The notes under the pieces: generated by a model
Told to the model about the DNA's origin: nothing
Databases searched by the model: none
Seen by the model: the letters and a program-made list of their open reading frames with translations, nothing else
Source: a virus
Lineage: Duplodnaviria; Caudoviricetes
DNA: 38,342 nucleotides
Strand: one strand, 5' to 3'
IMG/VR virus record: IMGVR_UViG_3300043414_000577
Span: 1 to 38,342 of that record
Position numbers and translations under genes: made by a program
Shown: positions 1-7,365 of the stretch, one piece after another
Layout of the letters: every line of letters starts with the position of its first letter
Numbering within the stretch: the first letter of the stretch is position 1

Positions 1-609
1 TGCCCTGGTGCCACTAGTATTTGTGAGAGTGTTTGCTACGCAGGAAAACTTGAAAAACTATTCCCAGGAGTAAAAACTAATCTATTACACAATTGGGAAT
101 TGTTACGCAATGCAGACAATGACACAATGGTGCGCCTTCTAGAAGAGATGATTGTTGATTTTGTTGCTGATTGTGATAAGAAGAATGCGCCTAAGTTATT
201 CCGTATCCACTGGGACGGAGATTTCTTCAATGATACTTATACCTATGCCTGGAAATCTGTTATCGAAAACCATTCCGATATTCAATTTTGGGTATACACA
301 CGTGTAAGCGACGCAGCGCTTATTCTCAAGGATGTATCTAATCTGTCTCTATACTATTCAACCGATGATGAGAATAAAGAAATAGCATTCGATTTGAAAA
401 CTAATTCTAAGATACGTCTTGCTTATCTAGGAAAGACATTCGCTGCAACCGAAGACACAATGAAAGAATTGACTGGCAAGCCTGGTGCTAAGTGCCCTGA
501 GAATATGAAATCAATTCCACTTATCTCTAGCAATGGGTCCGCTTGTGTATCTTGTGGCCTGTGTGTTTATGGTAAAGCGGATATTAGATTTTCTGCGAGT
601 AAAAAATAA
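1..609 (+). CDS. Gp88-like phage protein with Cys clusters (5'-truncated by window edge)
   Basis: Frame is open from base 1 (CPGATSICESVCYAGKLE...). FRIHWDGDF, WVYTR and C-terminal CPE...CVSCGLC motifs resemble the actinophage gp88 family. Confidence 0.7.
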   Translation, partial: CPGATSICESVCYAGKLEKLFPGVKTNLLHNWELLRNADNDTMVRLLEEMIVDFVADCDKKNAPKLFRIHWDGDFFNDTYTYAWKSVIENHSDIQFWVYTRVSDAALILKDVSNLSLYYSTDDENKEIAFDLKTNSKIRLAYLGKTFAATEDTMKELTGKPGAKCPENMKSIPLISSNGSACVSCGLCVYGKADIRFSASKK

Positions 610-758
610 TGTATGATGTTCTCGGATCTGCTATTGCAATTATATTAATTGCATTCTTGTGCTCACCAATTGTGCTAGCTATATACATGTGGAATGGAGC
701 TAAATTTGATAATGATAATGATGGCAAGGAGGATTTGCCTAATCGTTGGGACAAATAA
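609..758 (+). CDS. Small membrane protein (49 aa; below ORF-track cutoff)
   Basis: TAATG coupling to the upstream stop. MYDVLGSAIAIILIAFLCSPIVLAIYMWNG... has one hydrophobic segment. Confidence 0.6.
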   Translation: MYDVLGSAIAIILIAFLCSPIVLAIYMWNGAKFDNDNDGKEDLPNRWDK

Positions 759-801
759 CGGCGTGTCGAGTTGACAATTGTCAGCTCGGCCCCTATATGT
801 A

Positions 802-845
802 GGGGGTTTTCCACAGGCTTACGAGAGTTATCCACAACCCCTGGA
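802..845 (+). repeat. Tripartite element copy A
   Basis: GGGG-N13-TTACG-N14-CCCCTGGA. Confidence 0.75.
807..836 (+). promoter_or_regulatory. DnaA boxes (TTTTCCACA 807-815; perfect TTATCCACA 828-836)
   Basis: Match to the canonical DnaA box TTATCCACA. Confidence 0.55.
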
Positions 846-847
846 AT

Positions 848-863
848 TGTGAGATTTATCACA
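848..863. promoter_or_regulatory. CRP-family site, perfect TGTGA-N6-TCACA
   Basis: TGTGA GATTTA TCACA upstream of the promoter at 891. Confidence 0.6.
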
Positions 864-890
864 AAACTTATGCGGGAATGGATTAGGTAA

Positions 891-912
891 TGTCAGTGCC
901 ATAGGCTATAAT
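891..912 (+). promoter_or_regulatory. Early-type promoter P1
   Basis: TGTCAG-N10-TATAAT followed by leader CAACGAAAGG-N7-ATG. Confidence 0.75.
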
Positions 913-941
913 ACTCTTATACCAACAACGAAAGGTAATCT

Positions 942-1166
942 ATGTCTAATCTAATGAAAGTTCCACACACAGTTGAGTTCGAGGCAGTTATTGACTTGGA
1001 TAAAATTCCCGCTAACTTACTACCTGCGCTAATTGCTATGGATTCTTATACTATTGAAAAGATGTGTAAGGGTGCAACGCTACACGCACTTGGAATGTCA
1101 AATGTAATTCCACTTGCTAATGAAAATAACACTTGGGCTGAAGTAACTATCGGAAAGGATAACTAA
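942..1166 (+). CDS. Hypothetical protein
   Basis: GAAAGG RBS, downstream of promoter P1. Confidence 0.8.
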   Translation: MSNLMKVPHTVEFEAVIDLDKIPANLLPALIAMDSYTIEKMCKGATLHALGMSNVIPLANENNTWAEVTIGKDN

Positions 1167-1169
1167 CTA

Positions 1170-1436
1170 ATGGGAAATAATACTGCGCTAGATTTAGCAA
1201 GCGAATTCGATTTAGAACAAGGTATCGCTTATCACTTACAGGGTAATCATTACCCGCCCGTTCCACTTTCTATGGTGAAGCCGTGTATCGATGCTATCGA
1301 TGCTTGGTGGGAAGAAGATGGAGATAGGTTGATCGAAATGCCTGAAGGCGTATCTTATAGAGGGGATAAGTTTGCACCCGCTCACGCAATAATTGACCAG
1401 CACCACTTACACGCTTGGCTACAAGAAAGTGATTAG
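1170..1436 (+). CDS. Hypothetical phage protein (HLQGNHYPPVP motif)
   Basis: GAAAGGA RBS; tightly packed with neighbours. Confidence 0.8.
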   Translation: MGNNTALDLASEFDLEQGIAYHLQGNHYPPVPLSMVKPCIDAIDAWWEEDGDRLIEMPEGVSYRGDKFAPAHAIIDQHHLHAWLQESD

Positions 1437-1481
1437 CATCACACAATAACTTTCTCAAATACTGAGATAGGGCTAGACGAA

Positions 1482-1503
1482 TGTCAGACCCCAATGCTAT
1501 ACT
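1482..1503 (+). promoter_or_regulatory. Early-type promoter P2
   Basis: TGTCAG-N10-TATACT with extended TG; CRP-like AGTGA-N6-TCACA at 1428-1443. Confidence 0.75.
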
Positions 1504-1529
1504 ACTACCTAACAAAGAAAAGAGGCAAA

Positions 1530-1709
1530 ATGACAATAGAAGGAAAACTCTATCAGGTTGGCGATTTATTCACCAGCCTAAAGTCAAAGAGAACAGGTGT
1601 TATCAAAGAGATACACCCACAGGCATCTGGCTCGGTGCGTGTGCTACTGGAAATGCCAACGAAAGAAACTCGTTGGACTTCAGTATCGGCTAAGACCCTT
1701 TTAGGCTAA
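1530..1709 (+). CDS. Small beta-rich (SH3/KOW-like) hypothetical protein
   Basis: AGAGG RBS places the start at MTIEGK; YQVGDL...TGVIKEI pattern. Confidence 0.7.
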   Translation: MTIEGKLYQVGDLFTSLKSKRTGVIKEIHPQASGSVRVLLEMPTKETRWTSVSAKTLLG

Positions 1710-1789
1710 TACCTAAAACGAAACAGGGACAGTTTTGAGAGTATCTAGTCCAATGTCGTAAGTAAGAACTCTCCACCTTCGGGTGGAAA

Positions 1790-1811
1790 TGTCAGACCCC
1801 CCTGCTATACT
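1790..1811 (+). promoter_or_regulatory. Early-type promoter P3
   Basis: TGTCAG-N10-TATACT with extended TG; leader CCAACGAAAGG. Confidence 0.75.
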
Positions 1812-1846
1812 ATCCATAACAACAACCAACCAACGAAAGGTATCAA

Positions 1847-2263
1847 ATGACTAGAGCAATAACAGTAAAGGTCGCAACGACCAAAGTAATCAAGGCACTA
1901 GAGGCAACTCTTGCTAAACTAGAAACTGATTACAACACACAGGCACAAAAAGAAGCAAAGTTCGGCAAGGCGCAAGAAGCGTGGCGCAAGGAGATTGGTG
2001 CTTGGGCTATCAAGAACTTCTCAAAGGCTGAGAACCTTCGCACAAACTATCGCCAATGGAACAACACTCTCAATGTTGATTTTGACATCATCACAAAAGA
2101 AGGTGGCTTCCCTACTGAACCTGAAAAGGATTTTGAGGTTATCCATCAGCACAGTTATCGTGAGATGAAAGAGGACATTACAAATGCTCTCACAATTCTC
2201 AAAATGACAGATGAGGAAACAGTAAATGCTTCCACAATGAAGCAGATTGCTAAGTATCTCTAA
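1847..2263 (+). CDS. Hypothetical helical protein
   Basis: 138-aa ORF with GAAAGG RBS. Confidence 0.85.
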   Translation: MTRAITVKVATTKVIKALEATLAKLETDYNTQAQKEAKFGKAQEAWRKEIGAWAIKNFSKAENLRTNYRQWNNTLNVDFDIITKEGGFPTEPEKDFEVIHQHSYREMKEDITNALTILKMTDEETVNASTMKQIAKYL

Positions 2264-2300
2264 GTAATTTGGGGGGCAGAACTAAAGTCCTGAACCCAAA

Positions 2301-2327
2301 CAACCTGAGTATGTTGCCAAACTGCTC
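2301..2327 (+). ncRNA. 27-nt H-type pseudoknot motif, copy 1
   Basis: CAAC-CT-GAGTA-T-GTTG-CCAAAC-TGCTC; stem 1 covaries with the copies at 3817 and 30865. Confidence 0.55.
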
Positions 2328-2359
2328 TCCTTCGGGAAACTACTAACAAAGGTAATACA

Positions 2360-2620
2360 ATGGCAAATCGTTTCAGAGTAGAAATCTACGACGCAAACAA
2401 ATCAAACGACATCACAATTCATTCGGATCAAGGTGTTGATAAAGAATATCTAACTGAATTAGTATTCAGTAATATTAAAAACTTTAGCGGAAAAATAAAC
2501 GCTTATGTTTTTGATAACGTAAAGAAAAAGAAAACAACTGCAATGTTTCTAAATGAAGAAACAGTTGAGTTTAATAAAAACTTAATTAAAAGCGCAACAG
2601 GAATTGAGTTGGGGAGTTAA
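2360..2620 (+). CDS. Hypothetical protein
   Basis: AAAGG RBS; 86 aa. Confidence 0.8.
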   Translation: MANRFRVEIYDANKSNDITIHSDQGVDKEYLTELVFSNIKNFSGKINAYVFDNVKKKKTTAMFLNEETVEFNKNLIKSATGIELGS

Positions 2621-2644
2621 TCCCCAGCTCGGCCCCCGCTTTTG

Positions 2645-2689
2645 AGGGGTTATCCACAGCGTTACGAGGCCTTGTGGATAACTCCTGAA
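2645..2689 (+). repeat. Tripartite element copy B, containing two inverted perfect DnaA boxes
   Basis: AGGG-N13-TTACG-N15-CTCCTGAA; TTATCCACA 2650-2658 and TGTGGATAA 2673-2681. Confidence 0.8.
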
Positions 2690-2693
2690 AGTT

Positions 2694-2709
2694 TGTGAGA
2701 ATGATCACA
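2694..2709. promoter_or_regulatory. CRP-family site, perfect TGTGA-N6-TCACA
   Basis: TGTGA GAATGA TCACA. Confidence 0.6.
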
Positions 2710-2747
2710 CCGCACAATTTGGACAAATGACTAACTAACCTAGACAA

Positions 2748-2769
2748 TGTCAGTGGCAGATGTTATACT
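2748..2769 (+). promoter_or_regulatory. Early-type promoter P4
   Basis: TGTCAG-N10-TATACT with extended TG. Confidence 0.75.
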
Positions 2770-2798
2770 TATGACTAATCAAACGAAAGGAAATAAAA

Positions 2799-3803
2799 AT
2801 GGCTCATAATCTAGAAATGGAAAATGGCGAAGTTGCGTTTGCGCTTCGTGGTGCTCCTGCTTGGCACAATCTCGCTAACCGAATCTTTACACAAGATGAG
2901 GAAGTTACAACCGCTACAATGCTTGAAGAGGCAAAGTTAGCAAATTGGAATGTTCGTCTATCTCCAATTACAAATCATATTGACGAATCTTGGAATGATG
3001 TATCTCAGGCATCTCTTGTCATTCGTGATAATCCATTCAATGGCGGAACTGATGTTCTTGCTACTGTTGGAAAGCGTTACAAGCCTGTGCAGAATGAAGA
3101 GTTATTTCAGTTCGCTGATGCAATTCACGATGCCAATGCTGATTGCCGTTGGGAATCCGCTGGCTCATTGAAAAAGGGTAAAGTTGTTTTCGGGACTGTT
3201 GATATTCCCCGCACAATGGTTCTTGACCCACAAGGCGCTAACGATGAAACTAAACTATATCTAATTGTTTGGACATCACACGATGGTTCTGTTGCTGTTC
3301 AGGCAGCCGTTACTCCTGTTCGTGTTGTTTGCCAAAACACACTAAACCTTGCAATGAAGAATGCTAAGCAATCTTTCAAGATTCGCCACACGCAATCTGT
3401 TGAAGGTCGCATTCAAGTTGCTCGTGAAACTCTTGGGCTTGCTCTTGGTTACTTTGATGAATTTGAAGTTCAAGCAAAAGCACTCTACGCACAAGCAATC
3501 ACCGATGCTGAATTCTCTAAGTTGATTCAGACAATTTATCCTAAGCCTGAAAAAGATGCTAAGGGTGCAATCAAGAAGTGGGAAAATAAGGTTGTTCTAC
3601 TTGATGACCTTTACCACAATTCACCAACTAACGCTACAATCAAGGGAACTAAGTGGGGTGCGTTCAATGCACTAACTGAGCGCCTTGATTACTATCGTTC
3701 AGGTCGTGGCAATGGCGAAACACTTATGGCGGGTGCATCAGGGTTTGACCCAGTTCTAACCGCAGAAAAAAATAAGTTGTATCGTATGGTTGCAACTTTC
3801 TAA
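2799..3803 (+). CDS. DUF932 / TIGR03299-type phage-plasmid protein
   Basis: MAHN...PAWH.L, YKPVQNEE, ESAGSL..GK.VF, SHDGS, TPVRVVCQNTL, RHT and GT.WGAFNALTE motifs. Confidence 0.9.
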   Translation: MAHNLEMENGEVAFALRGAPAWHNLANRIFTQDEEVTTATMLEEAKLANWNVRLSPITNHIDESWNDVSQASLVIRDNPFNGGTDVLATVGKRYKPVQNEELFQFADAIHDANADCRWESAGSLKKGKVVFGTVDIPRTMVLDPQGANDETKLYLIVWTSHDGSVAVQAAVTPVRVVCQNTLNLAMKNAKQSFKIRHTQSVEGRIQVARETLGLALGYFDEFEVQAKALYAQAITDAEFSKLIQTIYPKPEKDAKGAIKKWENKVVLLDDLYHNSPTNATIKGTKWGAFNALTERLDYYRSGRGNGETLMAGASGFDPVLTAEKNKLYRMVATF

Positions 3804-3816
3804 AAAACTAAATAAA

Positions 3817-3843
3817 AATCCTGAGCAAGATTCAAAACTGCTC
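3817..3843 (+). ncRNA. 27-nt H-type pseudoknot motif, copy 2
   Basis: AATC-CT-GAGCA-A-GATT-CAAAAC-TGCTC, 13 nt upstream of tRNA-Asp. Confidence 0.55.
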
Positions 3844-3856
3844 ACAATTTTTTCTA

Positions 3857-3930
3857 GGTCCATTAGCTCAGTTGGTTAGAGCGCTACCCTGTCACGGTAG
3901 AGGCCGACGGTTCAAGTCCGTTATGGATCG
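3857..3930 (+). tRNA. tRNA-Asp(GTC)
   Basis: Acceptor GGTCCAT/ATGGATC, D-arm AGCTCAGTTGGTTAGAGC, anticodon arm CTACC-CTGTCAC-GGTAG, T-arm GACGG-TTCAAGT-CCGTT; no encoded CCA. Confidence 0.95.
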
Positions 3931-3949
3931 CAAATCGCCCCCAATGGTA

Positions 3950-3994
3950 AGGGAATCTAAAGTGTGTTACGGCTCACATAAAAAAACCCCTAGA
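3950..3994 (+). repeat. Tripartite element copy C, overlapping a CRP-like site
   Basis: AGGG-N13-TTACG-N15-CCCCTAGA; TGTGT-N6-TCACA at 3963-3978. Confidence 0.75.
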
Positions 3995-4005
3995 AAGCTT
4001 GTGGA

Positions 4006-4027
4006 TGTCAGTGGGACCTGGTACAAT
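4006..4027 (+). promoter_or_regulatory. Early-type promoter P5 (leaderless start at 4035)
   Basis: TGTCAG-N10-TACAAT; ATG 7 nt downstream with no SD. Confidence 0.7.
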
Positions 4028-4034
4028 TCTCTTT

Positions 4035-4697
4035 ATGACCAACGAACTAGTATCAACTAAATATACTTTCGCCTGTGACCCAGACGAATGTGATGTACTA
4101 ATCGAACTAACATCATCTGACGGATTTGGATTCCCGTCGGGTGTGATGGAAATCACTTGCCCGTGTGGCCGTAAGCCAGTCTTATTGTCAGTGGTCAATG
4201 CTACAATTGCTCCTATAACCCAAACGAAAGAGGAAAAAATGGAAGATGTAACAACTACAACACCAATCCCTGAGTCATATAACTCTAATCTATTGGTGAC
4301 TTACAAAGTAATCCGTGGCTATTCAGATGCAGAATATGCAACTGATAAGGTTACCACAATTGAGTGGGACTTACACAATGCCCGCCAAACTCAGAAGAGT
4401 AACGCCGTGTTACATTCTAAGATTGATGCGGCTAAAGAAATTATCTGTGAGGCATATGCTGATTCAGATGACCAAGATACACTCCGTGCAATTGCTGAAG
4501 CGCTTGGCATTGAACTAATCAAGGAAGTTCTATTTACTGCAACTCTTGAAGTTAGCGGAACATATACATATAACATTCTTGACAATGATTATGAATTAGA
4601 CCTTGATTCAGAAGTTACAGATGCTCTTTATGCCGATTCAAATAACGGTAACATTGAAATCAATGACACCGAAGTTTGCCACGTAAGAGAAGCATAA
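4035..4697 (+). CDS. Hypothetical protein with N-terminal Cys (zinc-ribbon-like) domain; probable second in-frame start at 4239
   Basis: CDPDEC...CPCG in the N-terminal 68 aa. Internal promoter P6 plus GAAAGAGG RBS precede the in-frame ATG at 4239. Confidence 0.75.
   Translation: MTNELVSTKYTFACDPDECDVLIELTSSDGFGFPSGVMEITCPCGRKPVLLSVVNATIAPITQTKEEKMEDVTTTTPIPESYNSNLLVTYKVIRGYSDAEYATDKVTTIEWDLHNARQTQKSNAVLHSKIDAAKEIICEAYADSDDQDTLRAIAEALGIELIKEVLFTATLEVSGTYTYNILDNDYELDLDSEVTDALYADSNNGNIEINDTEVCHVREA
4186..4207 (+). promoter_or_regulatory. Early-type promoter P6, inside a CDS
   Basis: TGTCAG-N10-TACAAT with extended TG; leader CAAACGAAAGAGG. Confidence 0.7.
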
Positions 4698-4909
4698 TGT
4701 ATTTTGAACTAACTGCTCCCAATAGGCTATCTCTTGAGATGGCTTATTGGGATGCACAAATCACAGGGCTTGACCCCGAATTTATGCCACCATTGACATT
4801 CAATGTTGGAACTGGTAGTATTGAGAAAGTAAGTCGCATCCGTGATAAGTATAACTTGAAAGAGTCTTACTGGTCAGATAGGGAATCGACAGGATACAAG
4901 GAGAGATAA
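4697..4909 (+). CDS. Hypothetical protein
   Basis: TAATG coupling gives start MYFELT. Confidence 0.75.
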   Translation: MYFELTAPNRLSLEMAYWDAQITGLDPEFMPPLTFNVGTGSIEKVSRIRDKYNLKESYWSDRESTGYKER

Positions 4910-5055
4910 TGTCAGAATACAAAGATGGTTTTGAAGACGGGTATAAGTTTGCTCGTGAAGAACTAATGGAGAAGTTAGCAGAGATTGACATTGCTGACAT
5001 CGACTCTTGGATTCTTGACCGTCTTGCTGAGATGATTGAGGGGAATCAACTGTGA
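4909..5055 (+). CDS. Small acidic protein (48 aa, MSEYKDGFEDGYKF...)
   Basis: AAGGAG RBS; TAATG and TGATG coupling; fills the gap exactly. Confidence 0.7.
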   Translation: MSEYKDGFEDGYKFAREELMEKLAEIDIADIDSWILDRLAEMIEGNQL

Positions 5056-5243
5056 TGGCTGAATGGTTAAAGTGTGATCAGTGTGCAGCTCAGGCTATGT
5101 GGGAAGCAAAGAAAGATGAGATGTCTCTTTATTTCTGCGGACACCACAAGAATTCACAGGGAGAGTCCCTTGTGGACTGGGCCCAAGAAATGGTACAATT
5201 GCTTAACTACGAGCAGAATCAACTACTAACAAAGGCGGAATAA
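5055..5243 (+). CDS. Small Zn-finger protein (CDQC...FCGHH), actinobacterial type
   Basis: C-x2-C plus FCGHH motif; TGATG coupling. Confidence 0.75.
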   Translation: MAEWLKCDQCAAQAMWEAKKDEMSLYFCGHHKNSQGESLVDWAQEMVQLLNYEQNQLLTKAE

Positions 5244-5244
5244 A

Positions 5245-5613
5245 ATGGGCGACAGAGCAAACTTCGGATTTAAAGACCGCAAGGGCAATACAGTATTTTT
5301 ATACGGCCACTGGGCTGGACATCAAATGCTACAGAACTTAGCGGACGCTGTACAGATTGCACATCCAAGGTGGCAGGATGAATCATATGCAACACGTATA
5401 TGCATTAGCCAATTGGTTGGAGACGAGTGGTCCAGCGAAACAGGTTGGGGCATTACCGTAAATGAATTAGCAGACAACGAGCACAAGGTACCTGTCATTA
5501 ATTGGAAAGAACAAACGTTTACATTAATGGAAGAGGACCTGACTACAGAAGTATTTAGCATAAGCCTTGAGGCATTTGTGGCTAAGTATTGCAGTCAACT
5601 AAGTATGGTATAA
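5245..5613 (+). CDS. Conserved hypothetical phage protein (MGDRAN...LYGHWAG...DESYATRI)
   Basis: 122-aa ORF packed in the operon. Confidence 0.85.
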   Translation: MGDRANFGFKDRKGNTVFLYGHWAGHQMLQNLADAVQIAHPRWQDESYATRICISQLVGDEWSSETGWGITVNELADNEHKVPVINWKEQTFTLMEEDLTTEVFSISLEAFVAKYCSQLSMV

Positions 5614-5620
5614 TTAATCT

Positions 5621-5779
5621 AGGACCTTGGTCCTGGTTTTAATACAGAAATGAAATGGTGCGCCTAACTAGTCTACGGGCCAGGCGCTAAGTAAAGCGGT
5701 TTATTTCTTTCGTTGGAAATCAGCAGCCATCTCATTCACCCCCTAGTCAGCTTCAACTCTGATCCTAGGGGGATTTTTT
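5621..5779 (+). ncRNA. Putative ~160-nt structured small RNA
   Basis: TGGTATAAT promoter 5606-5614; 5' hairpin AGGACC-TT-GGTCCT; long interrupted rod; terminator 5739-5779; no convincing ORF. Confidence 0.6.
5739..5779 (+). terminator. Intrinsic terminator
   Basis: CCCCCTAG...CTAGGGGG stem followed by ATTTTTT. Confidence 0.75.
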
Positions 5780-5795
5780 GCCCACAAAAGACATG

Positions 5796-5840
5796 AGGGT
5801 ATCATATCTCTTTTACGACGTCAATCTAGAAACTCCTGAA
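5796..5840 (+). repeat. Tripartite element copy D
   Basis: AGGG-N13-TTACG-N15-CTCCTGAA. Confidence 0.8.
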
Positions 5841-5844
5841 AATA

Positions 5845-5887
5845 TGTGATCTTGACCACAAACCTGTATAGTGTGGCCTGTATCACA
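5845..5887. promoter_or_regulatory. Two near-consensus CRP-family sites
   Basis: TGTGA-N6-CCACA 5845-5860 and TGTGG-N6-TCACA 5872-5887. Confidence 0.5.
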
Positions 5888-5905
5888 GGGAAAATCTATT
5901 CCATA

Positions 5906-5927
5906 TGTCAGTGGGGGATGTTACAAT
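5906..5927 (+). promoter_or_regulatory. Early-type promoter P7
   Basis: TGTCAG-N10-TACAAT with extended TG; leader CAACGAAAGGA. Confidence 0.75.
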
Positions 5928-5954
5928 TAAGCCATATCAACGAAAGGATATAAT

Positions 5955-6701
5955 ATGCCAAATTGGGTGTATAACGGTTTAACAATTGAAGGTAATCCTG
6001 ACCAAGTAAAGGCTTTGATTACACAGATGAATAAGCCATTTGTTTATTCTATTGAAGCAAATGGTGATTTATCATTTGGGATTAGACAGCGTAAGTTTGT
6101 TAATCCTATCTTCTCTTTTCATAATATCTATTCATATGTAGATGCTGGTGTATCTGAGAATGATTACCACTCTCAACCGCCGTCCAATAAGACAGATGCT
6201 AATTGGTTTAAGTTTGATACTAATGACTGGTATAACTTTAATGTCCGTGAATGGGGAACCAAATGGGATGTGGCTGTAGCCGAAGATGATAAGTATCCTA
6301 ATACTAATATGGAAGAAGCCGAGAATGGCGAGAACTATGTAGTTCATTATAACTTTGAAACTGCTTGGTCCCGACCTATGCCTGCCATTGAAAAACTATC
6401 TGCTCAATATCCAACATTACTCTTTACTTTATCATATGAGGAAGAGACAGGCTGGGGTGGAGAAATGGAAATTCTTCGTGGTGTAGTTATATCAGAATCA
6501 GAATATGACAATATGTGTCGTGACTGTGATGCAACTAATCAAATGGAGTATTGCGAGAATGACTGTGGAGAAATCTGTGGCAACTGCCACTGGCTTGGTG
6601 ATGCTGACCTAAAGGCTGTCGCAGAATGTCAGTCCCATAAGATATACTTAGAAACTAAAGTTCCTAAAACCTATACACAAGAGGAGGCACTAAATGGCTG
6701 A
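5955..6701 (+). CDS. YubB/Api92-like ferredoxin-like domain protein (DUF1281-related) with C-terminal Cys cluster
   Basis: MPNW..N.L.I.G, DWY.FN..EWGTKWD and F.TAWS.P signatures. Confidence 0.8.
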   Translation: MPNWVYNGLTIEGNPDQVKALITQMNKPFVYSIEANGDLSFGIRQRKFVNPIFSFHNIYSYVDAGVSENDYHSQPPSNKTDANWFKFDTNDWYNFNVREWGTKWDVAVAEDDKYPNTNMEEAENGENYVVHYNFETAWSRPMPAIEKLSAQYPTLLFTLSYEEETGWGGEMEILRGVVISESEYDNMCRDCDATNQMEYCENDCGEICGNCHWLGDADLKAVAECQSHKIYLETKVPKTYTQEEALNG

Positions 6702-6909
6702 GCAATTTACAGATACAATAGCAGAACACATTACAGGCGCTATGATGCAGGAAATTGGTGAAGAGTTATTTGACCAATGGTCATACAACAATTTAGAATC
6801 AGGCGAGGCATATGCCGAATGGCAATTTATGCAATACGCTTCAAAAGAATTAAAGCAGCAATACAACGAATACTATGGCTACATAGAGGGAGATGAATAC
6901 TGCTTATGA
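6694..6909 (+). CDS. Small acidic hypothetical protein
   Basis: GAGGAGG RBS. Confidence 0.75.
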   Translation: MAEQFTDTIAEHITGAMMQEIGEELFDQWSYNNLESGEAYAEWQFMQYASKELKQQYNEYYGYIEGDEYCL

Positions 6910-7076
6910 CAAACTATAACTTTGTAATTAAATTACACGGTGCCGTTGGCGCTAATAGCGAACAAGAAGCAATTGATAAAATCAATGGACATCTTGACGA
7001 CCTTGGCCAAGTTGAAAGTATTATCAAATATGATTTAGGTTGGCCCGATACGTCTTGGGAATTAGAGGAGGAATAA
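6906..7076 (+). CDS. Small hypothetical protein (56 aa, MTNYNFVIKLHG...)
   Basis: ATGA overlap with the upstream gene and TAATG coupling downstream. Confidence 0.7.
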   Translation: MTNYNFVIKLHGAVGANSEQEAIDKINGHLDDLGQVESIIKYDLGWPDTSWELEEE

Positions 7077-7249
7077 TGTTAGGTTACACTGGAGAAGATT
7101 TAGATCGTATGACTAATGCTGTACACGATGCTAAACTATTTTATCTTAGAACCCCGTCAGATTTAATGGACAAGGAACCTTTGAGAAAAGACCTGGAGGA
7201 TGCGGTTAGCTTTTTACAGGGTCTATGGGCAGAAGGGTACTTTGACTAA
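7076..7249 (+). CDS. Small hypothetical protein (MLGYTGEDLD...)
   Basis: GAGGAGG RBS; TAATG coupling. Confidence 0.75.
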   Translation: MLGYTGEDLDRMTNAVHDAKLFYLRTPSDLMDKEPLRKDLEDAVSFLQGLWAEGYFD

Positions 7250-7365
7250 TGAGGGCCAATTGTGTTCATTACTGGGAATGCTCGGATACCCCTGGAATTT
7301 TTACTTGTCAGTGCTCTATGGTAAGATACTACAATAGAGAAACGGGAGAATATCATTATGAATAG
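7249..7365 (+). CDS. Putative 38-aa Cys/His microprotein (MRANCVHYWEC...TCQC)
   Basis: TAATG coupling; C-x-H-x-W...C-x-C zinc-ribbon-like pattern; overlaps regulatory motifs. Confidence 0.5.
   Translation: MRANCVHYWECSDTPGIFTCQCSMVRYYNRETGEYHYE
7252..7296 (+). repeat. Tripartite element copy E
   Basis: AGGG-N13-TTACT-N15-CCCCTGGA. Confidence 0.7.
7306..7327 (+). promoter_or_regulatory. Early-type promoter P8
   Basis: TGTCAG-N10-TAAGAT with extended TG. Confidence 0.6.

Noticed and set aside
584-862. 92-aa minus-strand ORF
   Set aside because: Antisense to a coupled plus-strand small gene and regulatory block.
3817-3843. Hammerhead ribozyme reading of CTGAG...AAAC
   Set aside because: Core CTGANGA and GAAA with three stems are not present.
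3872-4060. 62-aa ORF
   Set aside because: Overlaps tRNA-Asp and regulatory motifs; the tRNA explains the sequence.
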